Numbered from the stretch's first letter, positions 29,426-39,372 are shown. The stretch: 64,000 nucleotides of DNA from an uncultured Bacteriovoracaceae bacterium (GCA_964012805.1 CAXGUD010000010.1:48793-112792), one strand, 5' to 3'. The notes: generated by a model from the letters alone, not told the origin. Numbers and translations are program-made.

Positions 29426-31003
29426 ATGCAAAAGTTTTTTTTTAAAATAATTATTATTTACTCTTGGATATTCCTCCTTTGCTCTCCACCTTCTGTCTTC
29501 TCACAGGCCGTACAAGATACTGATGATGACTCCGCTAAAAGCATGAATATCACAGATCAAGAATATGACATGTCCAAACAATACGTACATCAAGGAATTA
29601 ATGAAAAAATAAAATTAGAAGAATGTGAGGGAATTGAAGCCGAATGCGGTGGAAAAGCCGCTGACTCAAACTTTCTAGGAATGAAGGCATCTATGGTAGA
29701 AAGTATCGCGAAAGCCTACACAATGATCATGGGGTCTATGCAAGCCCCTATGGACTTAAGAGAGTCAGTATCGGCTAAGCTTAAAGAGAAAAACCCTAGT
29801 CATCCTGGTACTAAGCAAGATTACTGCAGATTTATTGCCATGGGAACTGAGGCTATTGCAGCTGCTCAGCAAGCGATGAGCCAAGAAGACATCAAAATGA
29901 AGCAATACGATACATCTGGGAATGTTCAAAAAAACTCTCTTTATCAAGTTGCCGAAAGTCATAAAAAAAGAGCTGACATGGCCAAAATTCAAGCAGGTGG
30001 AATGGCGGCAACAACAGCCTGCTATGCTGCAATGATTTATCCTGGAGGCGTTAAGTTTAGTTCGGTCATGCTAAAGCTTCCAGCTGCTGGCTTACTAACT
30101 GCATTTTACACTTCACAAGCCGCAGAACATGAGAAGTTTGCAGAAAAAACAAAAGAGATTGCTGATAAATTACCGGGAGCTGGGGAATGCAACCCGGTTA
30201 CTGAAAGGGCTTGTTTTTGCTCAGAAGAAACATCCTCTTTTAAGGACCCTATTAATTATAAGAAATACTGTATCCCAAGTGTTCTCCACAATAACCCCCT
30301 TCCTCAGAACGCTATGAGAGTCAGTTGTCTTAACTCTCAATTAAAAGCAGACCCACAATGTAGCTGCATGCAAAGTAATTCATGCTACGACCGAACACAT
30401 ATGGCCCAACTAAGTAGTTTAGGACTAAGCGCTACTACAGATAAGAGCTACACACCTTTTGCTAGTATGACGCGAGGCTCTCTCCTCAGTGGTAACCTCG
30501 CTGCAGGATCCGGAGGTCACTATGCCTTAGCAGCAAGGTCAATGAAAGCCGTTGCCTTAAAGCACCCCTTGAGAGGAAGCTTAACAAGTAAACAAAAAGT
30601 AGAAGCAAGGGCACTAACAAACCTTGGAATCCCTGGAGCATTAGCTGGCAGGTTTTCCAAATCTCCAATGTCTTCTCAAGCAAAAAGTCATCAAGGTAGG
30701 TTTAGAAAGATGATGTCTTCATCAAAAGGACCATCCTCCTTTAAAGCGGCCAGAAATACCCAGGATAATGTTTTAACATTTCAGGGGGGAAAAGGGATCA
30801 CTCAAAAGAAAACTCGAAAAATAGCAGGACAAAAGCCTTCAAAAACAGGAGGTTCCAAAGGTAGTTATTCTCAACAAGTCCTAAACTTTGCAAAAGCTGC
30901 TCAGCAAACAGCTCAAATTTCAGAGGATAAGGACAGGCATATTTTTAAAATTATCTCGAGAAGATATCAAATTTCTGGAAAAAGAAGGTTACAAATTAAA
31001 TAG
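29426..31003 (+). CDS. Large hypothetical exported protein, Cys-rich centre and Ala-rich helices
   Basis: Signal peptide; about a dozen Cys (ECNP..RACFC, PQCSC..NSC); basic C-terminus ending IFKIISRRY. Confidence 0.7.
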   Translation: MQKFFFKIIIIYSWIFLLCSPPSVFSQAVQDTDDDSAKSMNITDQEYDMSKQYVHQGINEKIKLEECEGIEAECGGKAADSNFLGMKASMVESIAKAYTMIMGSMQAPMDLRESVSAKLKEKNPSHPGTKQDYCRFIAMGTEAIAAAQQAMSQEDIKMKQYDTSGNVQKNSLYQVAESHKKRADMAKIQAGGMAATTACYAAMIYPGGVKFSSVMLKLPAAGLLTAFYTSQAAEHEKFAEKTKEIADKLPGAGECNPVTERACFCSEETSSFKDPINYKKYCIPSVLHNNPLPQNAMRVSCLNSQLKADPQCSCMQSNSCYDRTHMAQLSSLGLSATTDKSYTPFASMTRGSLLSGNLAAGSGGHYALAARSMKAVALKHPLRGSLTSKQKVEARALTNLGIPGALAGRFSKSPMSSQAKSHQGRFRKMMSSSKGPSSFKAARNTQDNVLTFQGGKGITQKKTRKIAGQKPSKTGGSKGSYSQQVLNFAKAAQQTAQISEDKDRHIFKIISRRYQISGKRRLQIK

Positions 31004-31045
31004 CCTTCAAAAATTGATCAAATCTTTGATTGATAAAAACAAGGA

Positions 31046-31477
31046 ATGATTTTTATGAGTCAACTAGAGGAATTAAAAAAAGAAGATTGCTATTTTCCAC
31101 TTCCCATTATTCTTTACGACAATGAATGCGGTTTGTGTGTCCGTTTTATGAAAGCGTTTAAAAGAATTCCAGATACTGATGACTATTCTTTTATACCTAT
31201 TCAAAATGAAGAGATTTTTTCAACTTTTCCACAACTAAATAAAGAAGAGTGCTTCGAAACGCTTCATTTGATTGATCATCATGGAAAAATCCTAAAAGCG
31301 GGGGAAGCCACTTCATTCCTCGTAAAAAAGTTCCCATTGGTCGAAAAGTTTCAATGGCTAATAGAAAAAGACATGGGAAAGAAAACTGTCTCAATTTTTT
31401 ATGAGGTTGTTAATAAGTATAGGCGAGCAATTAAGAAAACTTGCCCCAAGTGTGGAAAGCCAAGGGTTTCCCCTTAA
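31046..31477 (+). CDS. DCC-family thiol-disulfide oxidoreductase (DUF393)
   Basis: ILYDNECGLC (DxxCxxC), FIPIQ, LHLID..G, FYEVVNKYR. Confidence 0.85.
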   Translation: MIFMSQLEELKKEDCYFPLPIILYDNECGLCVRFMKAFKRIPDTDDYSFIPIQNEEIFSTFPQLNKEECFETLHLIDHHGKILKAGEATSFLVKKFPLVEKFQWLIEKDMGKKTVSIFYEVVNKYRRAIKKTCPKCGKPRVSP

Positions 31478-31929
31478 AGTTCTATTGAGGGGTCTGCTCC
31501 TATATTTGAAAACATAGCAACTCTTTCTGAGTGCCTTCCTCCTTCAAAAGGCTCTGCTAACCAAGCTGATATTATCTCCTTACATAGATCTGAGGAAGTA
31601 ATTCTGGATCCTAGGCAAAGAATATTAGCATCATTATGTTGACGACTAAGTTTTGCTTCCTCAATACTCCTTACAAGAGCTGCTCGAATTCCTTTAAATC
31701 TATTGGCAACCATATCAACCCCTATGCCTGATCCGCAAACAAGAATCCCCCGCCCTGCTCCTGTTAGGACTCTTTGAACAACCTTTTGACTAAAGAGAGG
31801 ATAGTTACATCTATCTTCAGAAAAGCAACCTTCATCAAAAATTTGATGACTCTCATCTTGCTTCATAAAGTTTTTTAACTCTTCTTTTAAAATAAAACCC
31901 GCGTGGTCAGAGCCAAAAATGAGTTCCAC
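31474..31929 (-). CDS. rpiB: Ribose-5-phosphate isomerase B
   Basis: GSDHAG, CGSGIG, ANRFKGIRAA, SRQHNDANILCLG, FEGGRH; likely GTG start at 31929 behind GGAGG (ORF track starts at 31941). Confidence 0.95.
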   Translation of the reverse strand: MELIFGSDHAGFILKEELKNFMKQDESHQIFDEGCFSEDRCNYPLFSQKVVQRVLTGAGRGILVCGSGIGVDMVANRFKGIRAALVRSIEEAKLSRQHNDANILCLGSRITSSDLCKEIISAWLAEPFEGGRHSERVAMFSNIGADPSIEL

Positions 31930-31955
31930 GGCTTCCTCCAAATTAGTAGGATTTT

Positions 31956-31997
31956 AAAAAGAGGTGAGAAAAACAAGGTAGTTGTCTTTCTCACCTC
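31956..31997 (-). terminator. Rho-independent terminator downstream of ahcY
   Basis: GAGGTGAGAAA / TTTCTCACCTC 11-bp stem (31961-31971 with 31987-31997) plus inner ACAA/TTGT, followed on the minus strand by TTTTT. Confidence 0.75.
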
Positions 31998-32012
31998 GAA
32001 AAAAAGATTTGA

Positions 32013-33317
32013 TTAGTAACGGTAATGGCCTGGCTTAAATGGTCCTTCAACCTTCACACCAATATACTCAGCTTGATCTGAAGTTAAAGTATCAATTTCA
32101 ACACCGACTTTTTCCAAATGAAGCCTTGCAACTTTTTCATCAAGGTGCTTTGGAAGCATGTAAACATCAATTTTATAATTTTCTGAGTTTTGCCAAAGCT
32201 CAATTTGAGCCATGACTTGATTAGTAAAAGAATTACTCATAACAAAAGATGGATGACCTGTGGCACATCCAAGATTTACAAGTCTACCCTGGGCCAAAAG
32301 AATAATCTTTTTCCCATCTTCAAAAATATACTGATCAACTTGAGGTTTAATATTCACCATTTTAATAGTGTCTTTATTCAAGCTTGCTACATTTATTTCA
32401 GAGTCAAAATGCCCAATATTGCAAACAATAGCTCCATCTCTCATCTTTTTAAGGTGTTCCTCATTGATGACATCAACACAGCCAGTAGTTGTTACAAAAA
32501 TATCACCTAGCTCACAAGCCTTGTCCATTTTCATAACTTCAAAGCCTTCCATAGAAGCTTGCAAAGCACATATAGGGTCAATTTCAGTGACAATAACTCT
32601 TCCACCTAAACCTTTAAAAGATTGCGCAGAACCTTTTCCAACATCTCCATAGCCAGCAACAACACATACTTTTCCAGCTATCATTACGTCGGTTGCTCTT
32701 TTTATTCCATCGACCAAAGACTCACGACAGCCATAGAGGTTATCAAACTTAGACTTTGTTACCGAGTCATTAATGTTGATAGCAGGAACTTTTAATTCTC
32801 CCTTCTTAACCATTTCAACAAGCCTATGAACACCTGTTGTCGTTTCTTCCGAAATTCCACGAATATCGTTTAAATAATTTGGAAAATCGTCGTGAACCAT
32901 TTTTGTTAAATCCCCTCCATCATCGAGAATCATGTTTGGGCCCTTACCATCTGGCCATTTTATGGTCTGCTCAATACACCATAAGAATTCTTCTTCAGTT
33001 TCCCCTTTCCAAGCAAAAGTAGGAATTCCTGAAGCCGCCATGGCTGCAGCAGCATGATCCTGAGTAGAGAAAATATTACAAGAAGACCATCTAATTTCTG
33101 CCCCTAAATCGATAAGAGTTTCCATTAAAACTGCTGTCTGGATTGTCATGTGAATACATCCAGCAATTCTTGCGCCTTTCAATGGTTTTTTTTCTCCATA
33201 TTCTTTTCTTAAAGTCATCAGCCCAGGCATTTCTTTTTCTGCAACTTCAATCTCTTTTCTACCCCAATCAGCTAGCGAGATATCTGCAACTTTAAAATCA
33301 CCTTCCCTTAGTCCCAT
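32013..33317 (-). CDS. ahcY: S-adenosylhomocysteine hydrolase
   Basis: [51 protein letters not shown]-terminal YRY. Confidence 0.98.
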   Translation of the reverse strand: MGLREGDFKVADISLADWGRKEIEVAEKEMPGLMTLRKEYGEKKPLKGARIAGCIHMTIQTAVLMETLIDLGAEIRWSSCNIFSTQDHAAAAMAASGIPTFAWKGETEEEFLWCIEQTIKWPDGKGPNMILDDGGDLTKMVHDDFPNYLNDIRGISEETTTGVHRLVEMVKKGELKVPAININDSVTKSKFDNLYGCRESLVDGIKRATDVMIAGKVCVVAGYGDVGKGSAQSFKGLGGRVIVTEIDPICALQASMEGFEVMKMDKACELGDIFVTTTGCVDVINEEHLKKMRDGAIVCNIGHFDSEINVASLNKDTIKMVNIKPQVDQYIFEDGKKIILLAQGRLVNLGCATGHPSFVMSNSFTNQVMAQIELWQNSENYKIDVYMLPKHLDEKVARLHLEKVGVEIDTLTSDQAEYIGVKVEGPFKPGHYRY

Positions 33318-33467
33318 TTCTTTCCTCCTGTGGTGGTATTTTAAAAAAAATTAAAAAATAAAACTTTAATCAATAAAAATTAACTAGAGATTGTATAGCA
33401 TTGCGAGAGTATCAAAACAATCTCCAAAGCAAAATAACGCACACAGCAAAAACTATTTCCATATTAT

Positions 33468-33496
33468 TTGACGCCTCGAATGAACAAGGCTATTAA
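33468..33496 (+). promoter_or_regulatory. Putative sigma-70 promoter for the thrB-methyltransferase operon
   Basis: TTGACG-N17-TATTAA; a weaker sigma-28-like TAAA-N15-GACGAAAA lies at 33517-33543. Confidence 0.4.
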
Positions 33497-33569
33497 AACA
33501 GCTCCAATTTTTAGAATAAAGGATGATTCGTATTGGACGAAAAGGCTTTAGAAACTGATAAGGGAAAAG

Positions 33570-34541
33570 ATGGGACATTATACGAACCTCACTTTAAGCG
33601 AAGTCCAGGACATCCTAAAAATCTATTCTTTAGGTAAAGTCAAAGAAATAACACCTTTGTCCTATGGGATATCTAATTCAAATTTCAAAGTATTAGTTAT
33701 AAACAACAGTCAAAGTAAGCCATTCCTTTTAAAAATTTCAAACGATAAAAACAAAAGTGAATTAAATGAAGAGCAGGAAATACTCGATTTTTTAAAGAAA
33801 GCAGGTTTTCCTCTATCTATATCGCCTCTAAAAACGATAGACCAAGCTACCATTTTCTCTTACAAGAACTATATAGGTGCTATTTATCCATTTGTTGAAG
33901 GTATTACCCCGAAACCAGAACAAGAAACATGCTTTCAGATAGGAAAAGCATTGGGGAAATTACACTCTTTAAAAAAAGAATCATTTTCTAACTACAGCAT
34001 TAGAAAACACAAAACTATTGGCTTTGAATTACCGTTCATTTCCAATTTTGTTCTCGACAAAGACTGTCCTCCTAAATTTAAAGAATACTTTTGGGATTTA
34101 TTTCCTAAAGGAATTGACTCTCTAATCAATGAACCTTTTGAAGAAGGTATAATGCATGGAGATCTCTACTACGACAACACTCTTTTTAAAGACAAAAACA
34201 TCATCACTCTCCTAGATTTTGAGCAGGCAGGTTTAGGACCTCTCATTTTGGATTTAGGAATTTCAATTTCTGGTACATCACTCATTGATGGAAAAATATC
34301 AACCTCGCTTGTCGAAAAGTTTGTCGAAGGATATGAAAAGGAAAGACTCTTGAGTAGCATTGAGAAAAAATCCTTAAATTCCTTTATTCTTTTAGGTCTA
34401 TTTTCAATCTCCCTTTGGAGAATCTACAGATTTAAGTTTGGAGAATTAGACTCAAAAAAAGCCGACAGTTATATAGAATTACTAGAAAGAGCAAGCAGTT
34501 TTAAAAAAGAATTATTTAAGACCTCCAAGGAAAAAACATGA
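33570..34541 (+). CDS. thrB: Homoserine kinase type II (APH/phosphotransferase fold)
   Basis: MGHYT.L, GISNSNF, LGKLH, GIMHGDLYYDNTLF, LLDFE, DLGI. Confidence 0.75.
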   Translation: MGHYTNLTLSEVQDILKIYSLGKVKEITPLSYGISNSNFKVLVINNSQSKPFLLKISNDKNKSELNEEQEILDFLKKAGFPLSISPLKTIDQATIFSYKNYIGAIYPFVEGITPKPEQETCFQIGKALGKLHSLKKESFSNYSIRKHKTIGFELPFISNFVLDKDCPPKFKEYFWDLFPKGIDSLINEPFEEGIMHGDLYYDNTLFKDKNIITLLDFEQAGLGPLILDLGISISGTSLIDGKISTSLVEKFVEGYEKERLLSSIEKKSLNSFILLGLFSISLWRIYRFKFGELDSKKADSYIELLERASSFKKELFKTSKEKT

Positions 34542-35764
34542 CTCCCCAAATTAACCCTAACTTTTTTGCATCATGCTCTAAAAACCTGGAAGAACTTCTT
34601 GAAAGGGAAGCAAGTACTTTTGGATGCGAAAAAACCGACCGACAAACAGGTGGAGTCTCTTTTTCTGCTTCTTATGAGACTTGTTTAGAGTTTTTACTCC
34701 ATTCAAGAATATCTAGTAGAATTTTTATGAAAATAACAGATTTTTCCATAAAAAGCCTCAACGAGCTTTACGGAAAAGTAAAAGGTTACTCATGGCAAAG
34801 TACTTTTCCTCTTAATCAAACCTTTAAAATTAAAACAATTTTTGATTCAAGTGCAAAGCGATCTTTCAAAAACTCAATTCTTTTTTCACAGAAGGCTAAA
34901 GATGGTATTGTTGATCATTTTAGGGAAAAGACTTCAAAGAGACCTTCAGTTGATACAAAAAACCCTGATATTTCTTTTCTTATCCGAGTTGAAGAAACTG
35001 CAGAAAAGAAATGGAAAGTAATTTTTTACTTAGACCTTTGCCATATGCCTCTTAGTCAAAGGGGGTACAGAAAAAACTCGGGGGAAGCTCCTCTTAGAGA
35101 AAACCTAGCTGCTGGCATTATTATGCTGACTGATTGGGATCCTAAAAAAGACCTTTTTATTGATAGCATGTGCGGCTCTGGAACTCTATCAATTGAAGCA
35201 GTTCTTATCAGTGCGCAAATTCCTCCCACGTTTCTAAAAATAAAAAGGTTTATAGAAAATAAAGATAAACCTTTCAGTTTTTTAAAACATAACTGGTTTA
35301 ATAAAAACAAAAGCCTTAAAAGCTACTTCTACCAACGAATGGAGTCACTCTACGAGGATATTGAAAACAAAACAAAAAGCCTTTCAACAAAACAGTTTTA
35401 TGCTTCAGACTGGGATAACCGCGTCCTAAATACAGCGCGAGAAAACTTCCAAAAAATGAACTTCGAAAACATCATCCATTTAAAAAAGCAAAATGCTCTT
35501 AAACTTCCTCCACCAAATAATAAACAAAAAGGAATTATCATTTGCAATCCTCCATATGGAGTTAGACTTGGAGAAGAAGAAAAGCTAAAAGAGCTCTATA
35601 GGGAGTACGGTGAAAACCTGAAAAAAAACTTCAAGGGATTTAGGGCTTATATTTTTACAGGAAATATGAATTTAAGAAAACAAATATCTCTATCGACATC
35701 GAAGAGGATCCCTCTATTCAATGGTACAATTGAGTGCCGTCTTTTGAAGTATGATTTGTACTAA
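34538..35764 (+). CDS. THUMP-domain rRNA m2G methyltransferase (RlmL/YpsC-like)
   Basis: THUMP N-domain, LSQRGYR, APLRENLAAG, DSMCGSGT, CNPPYG, LFNGTIECRL. Confidence 0.9.
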   Translation: MTPQINPNFFASCSKNLEELLEREASTFGCEKTDRQTGGVSFSASYETCLEFLLHSRISSRIFMKITDFSIKSLNELYGKVKGYSWQSTFPLNQTFKIKTIFDSSAKRSFKNSILFSQKAKDGIVDHFREKTSKRPSVDTKNPDISFLIRVEETAEKKWKVIFYLDLCHMPLSQRGYRKNSGEAPLRENLAAGIIMLTDWDPKKDLFIDSMCGSGTLSIEAVLISAQIPPTFLKIKRFIENKDKPFSFLKHNWFNKNKSLKSYFYQRMESLYEDIENKTKSLSTKQFYASDWDNRVLNTARENFQKMNFENIIHLKKQNALKLPPPNNKQKGIIICNPPYGVRLGEEEKLKELYREYGENLKKNFKGFRAYIFTGNMNLRKQISLSTSKRIPLFNGTIECRLLKYDLY

Positions 35765-35818
35765 TATTTAGAAGTTAATGACTATAGTAAGAATGAGCTT
35801 GCATTTAATAGTTACTAG

Positions 35819-36670
35819 CTAGAACATCTCTGCTATTCTCATTGCAAGCTCTGGAGTTGAGAATCTTAATAGTCCAGAACTATTAGAGACTTTTCCAATA
35901 TGCTTTGAAGACTTACTAAAAAAGTATTGCGCAATATCCACATCTTTTAAAAAGATTGTGTGACCTTTTCCTGAAATTTTCCGAATGATAAAGTCAGAGT
36001 CAAGGATACAAATTTCCCTTATTTTAAAGTTAAACGATAAATAAATGACAATACATAAGTCACTTAGCTGAACTAAAGTCTTCTTAATTTTGACGCCTTT
36101 AGCAGGACTAGTATTTCCCCAACTCACTTTGACCTCAACTCTAGAGTCACCTAACAAGAAGTCAAAACCCCTTTGGGATGTAGACTTTTTCTGCTTAAGA
36201 CCAAAAACACACTTTGCGTACCACTCTCCTAGCTGTACAGGTAGATTTTTTCCATTAATCAGTATATTTTTTTCTCTTAAGGTTTCATACGAACGACTGG
36301 CTTGCTCAATGGAATCTAGAATAGAACTGTTATCAGGAACATAGAGTATTGCGATATTTTTCTCTTGGGAACGAGCTAATTTTCTTGAAAACTTCTCTTG
36401 AAACCATTGGGAAAATTCTTCCGATGGGTGGAATTCATAACTTTCGAAGACAAAACCAATCTTTTGCAGATCTTTTTCAGATTCTAGTGGTTCTATTTTT
36501 TTTATTAGGGCTTTTAAAGGAATGTAGCCATTTTCACCCCTAACGAAAACTTTTTCTCTATACAGTTCTGAGCTGCCATGACTCTTTGAAGAGAACTCCT
36601 TTACTTGATCATTTACATCAGAAATATCGACCATAACATCAATCTCTTTGTAGAGTCTAGCTGATATCAT
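35819..36670 (-). CDS. Hypothetical protein with a PD-(D/E)XK nuclease-like motif
   Basis: QLGEWYAK ... QRGFDF ... RVEVKVSW motif order. Confidence 0.55.
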   Translation of the reverse strand: MISARLYKEIDVMVDISDVNDQVKEFSSKSHGSSELYREKVFVRGENGYIPLKALIKKIEPLESEKDLQKIGFVFESYEFHPSEEFSQWFQEKFSRKLARSQEKNIAILYVPDNSSILDSIEQASRSYETLREKNILINGKNLPVQLGEWYAKCVFGLKQKKSTSQRGFDFLLGDSRVEVKVSWGNTSPAKGVKIKKTLVQLSDLCIVIYLSFNFKIREICILDSDFIIRKISGKGHTIFLKDVDIAQYFFSKSSKHIGKVSNSSGLLRFSTPELAMRIAEMF

Positions 36671-36776
36671 ATCACTATTTAAAGTAAACCTCTAGAAAAC
36701 AGACCTATAATAAAATTTTCTAACTTAAAATTTAAAAAATTCCGAAATAGATTTACCTCAAAAATAGTAATAAGTT

Positions 36777-38342
36777 ATGAAAATCATATTTATTATAATA
36801 CTTACGTTTACCCTTAAACCTTACTTTTCTTATGCTGAAAAAACGTCCAACTATTTTAATAAAGCTCTCAATTTTTACAAATCAGGTGATTACGATAAAT
36901 CAACTTTTTTTATCAAGAAAAACATTTCTAAAAAAAAGTCTCACTTTCCAAGCTTAAAACTACTATCAAAAATTTATACTAAAAAAGAAAAGTATTCTAA
37001 AGCTCTTAAAATTTATCTATCAATTTTAAGAGCTCTCCATTACCCAATAAATCTCAATCTAAATAGCAAAAAAACACTCGAAGGTGATCTCAATAATATT
37101 CCTGTACCGAAAATAAAAGCTCGAGAGGTATATTACTTGATTGCAAAAACTTATTGGCTTTCATCTAAAAGTAACATTTATTCAAAAAAAGTAAAAAGAT
37201 TGAATTTAATAAGAAGTCTGAGGTATTTTCAAATTTGTAATTTTTACAAAATAAAGCCTAAATCAACAGCTTTACATCTTGCTATCATAAGAAAAAAATT
37301 GGGAGATAGCGATCTTGCAGAAATAAATTTATCTCAATTTTCTAGACTCATAAAAAATGATAAAAAAATAAAGTCGATGCCTCAAAAAGCAAAAGTTCTT
37401 CTAGGAAATGTATACTTAGACTCGGGGCAATACAGAAAAGGCCTTTTGATATCTAATTCTGTAAGAAAAGAAAGTTCAAGTAATTCAAAAAGCTTACAGA
37501 AAAAAATTCAAGAAGAATCTTCAAACTTTAACCTTTTAATAGGGAGATCATTTGATTCAAACTTAACAAAAACTGAAAATTCAAAAAAAATTCAAGATTC
37601 AGTCTATTCTGAAACAAAAATTGATTATAATTTCCGAACAACAATGAAAAATGACACATCTTATCTTTTTGGATTATCCTTCAATCAAGACGTTATGGAA
37701 AAAAATCAGTTGAGCCACCTTGACAGCAAATCTCTTGAGCTAAAAGTAGGTTTTTTAAGAAATAATTTCTCCTCATTTTTATTAAGCTCTACCTACTCTT
37801 TTAAAAACATTTCTTCCAAATTAGCAAATAGCTTAACATTTCAGAATAATTTAAACCTTCATTCAATTGAAACTAGTCTTCATTCCGCTTCAACAAAAGG
37901 CTTACATTCTTGGAAGCTATCCCTTACTGCCTTCGATTATCTAAATCAGGGTGATAATGTAGACCTCGGTCTAAAATGGTTTTATGAACCTTTTTCAAAA
38001 ACAGTTCTTTTTTCCCCTACTTATGGACTTTCTCTTTTAATATTTAAAAATAAGTACAGTAGTTCGATGACTACAGAGACAAAAACATCTATCACAAACC
38101 GTTCCATAATAAGTTATCTTAAATTAAAACTTTCAACTCATCTCAATTATTCCTATCAGTATAACAAAAATTCATCTTACAACCTTCACCAGGTTGAGTT
38201 CATAAATATGTTAAATATCCCAATAGGTTGGCTTGAAAACTTGTATTTTTTTCCTTCTATTAAATATAGTTTTATAAAAAAGAAAAATACTGATCTTTTT
38301 ACTAAATGGAGAGGTAGTGCCAACCTCTCACTTACTTTTTAG
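36777..38342 (+). CDS. TPR N-domain plus C-terminal outer-membrane beta-barrel protein
   Basis: Signal peptide; helical TPR-like N-half; FDSN at the barrel start; amphipathic strands; ends ANLSLTF. Confidence 0.65.
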   Translation: MKIIFIIILTFTLKPYFSYAEKTSNYFNKALNFYKSGDYDKSTFFIKKNISKKKSHFPSLKLLSKIYTKKEKYSKALKIYLSILRALHYPINLNLNSKKTLEGDLNNIPVPKIKAREVYYLIAKTYWLSSKSNIYSKKVKRLNLIRSLRYFQICNFYKIKPKSTALHLAIIRKKLGDSDLAEINLSQFSRLIKNDKKIKSMPQKAKVLLGNVYLDSGQYRKGLLISNSVRKESSSNSKSLQKKIQEESSNFNLLIGRSFDSNLTKTENSKKIQDSVYSETKIDYNFRTTMKNDTSYLFGLSFNQDVMEKNQLSHLDSKSLELKVGFLRNNFSSFLLSSTYSFKNISSKLANSLTFQNNLNLHSIETSLHSASTKGLHSWKLSLTAFDYLNQGDNVDLGLKWFYEPFSKTVLFSPTYGLSLLIFKNKYSSSMTTETKTSITNRSIISYLKLKLSTHLNYSYQYNKNSSYNLHQVEFINMLNIPIGWLENLYFFPSIKYSFIKKKNTDLFTKWRGSANLSLTF

Positions 38343-38358
38343 TGAGACAGGAGATAAA

Positions 38359-39372
38359 ATGGCTTCTAAGAAAAAATCAAGCCCTAAAAAGAAAAGCTCA
38401 GAAATAAAATCTATTGCAGTTCTCTGTAGTGGAGGAGACTCCCCAGGAATGAACTGCGCGATAAGAAGTGTTGTTCGAACAGGTATACATTATGGATTTA
38501 AAGTTTTTGGTGTTCAAAGAGGCTATACTGGACTTCTTTCTGGAAATATACACCAAATGGATGCATCATCAGTTGGAAATATTCTCCAAAAAGGAGGAAC
38601 TATACTCCAAACCTCTCGGTGTAAAGAGTTCTTTCAAAAAGAAATGAGAAAGGAGGCATTTCATATTCTTCAAAGAAAAAAAGTTGATGCTCTCATAGTT
38701 ATAGGTGGAAATGGGTCTTTAAAAGGAGCATTCCACCTTCACAAAGAAACACTTCTCCCTGTTGTAGGCATTCCAGGAAGTATAGATAATGACATTTCAG
38801 GTACATCCTACTCTATAGGTTTTGATACTGCTGTACAAACTGCAATTGATGCTGTTGATAAAATTAGAGATACAGCCACTTCTCATGAAAGAACTTTTAT
38901 TGTAGAAGTTATGGGTAGAAAATCTCCTTCAATAGCTCTTCACGTAGGAGTATGTACCGGAGCCGAGAATGTTGTTTTTTCAGAGAAGACCCTTAATATA
39001 AAAGAAATTTATAATGATATTCAAAGAGGTATCGAAAGAGGTAAGAGTTCTTCTATAATTATTGTAGCAGAGGGAGAAAAACCTGGTCTAAGTTATGAAG
39101 TTCAAACCAGACTAAAACAAAATTATCAAATTGATGCTCATGTTTGTATTTTAGGTCATATTCAAAGAGGTGGAAAACCTACATCAATTGATCGTTTTAT
39201 GGGATCAAAAATGGGTTATTTGGCAGTAAGGGCATTAACAGAAAAAAAGTTTCCTGTCGTCGTGGCCCACAATCAAGGTTCCACAGATATTATTTCGTTA
39301 GACGAGTCCATTAGCTCAAAGGAGGAAAAAGACTTAACAAGTCTAGACCTTCTCAAAACACTCTCAATTTAA
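38359..39372 (+). CDS. pfkA: ATP-dependent 6-phosphofructokinase
   Basis: SGGDSPGMN, GGTILQTSR, IGGNGS, PGSIDND, VEVMGR, LGHIQRGG; start ATG 38359 behind AGGAG (ORF track starts at 38317). Confidence 0.95.
   Translation: MASKKKSSPKKKSSEIKSIAVLCSGGDSPGMNCAIRSVVRTGIHYGFKVFGVQRGYTGLLSGNIHQMDASSVGNILQKGGTILQTSRCKEFFQKEMRKEAFHILQRKKVDALIVIGGNGSLKGAFHLHKETLLPVVGIPGSIDNDISGTSYSIGFDTAVQTAIDAVDKIRDTATSHERTFIVEVMGRKSPSIALHVGVCTGAENVVFSEKTLNIKEIYNDIQRGIERGKSSSIIIVAEGEKPGLSYEVQTRLKQNYQIDAHVCILGHIQRGGKPTSIDRFMGSKMGYLAVRALTEKKFPVVVAHNQGSTDIISLDESISSKEEKDLTSLDLLKTLSI

Noticed and set aside
34538..36670. Restriction-modification pair (NPPY methyltransferase plus nuclease-like gene)
   Set aside because: The NPPY enzyme carries a THUMP domain and RlmL motifs, so it is an rRNA methyltransferase, and the two genes are convergent
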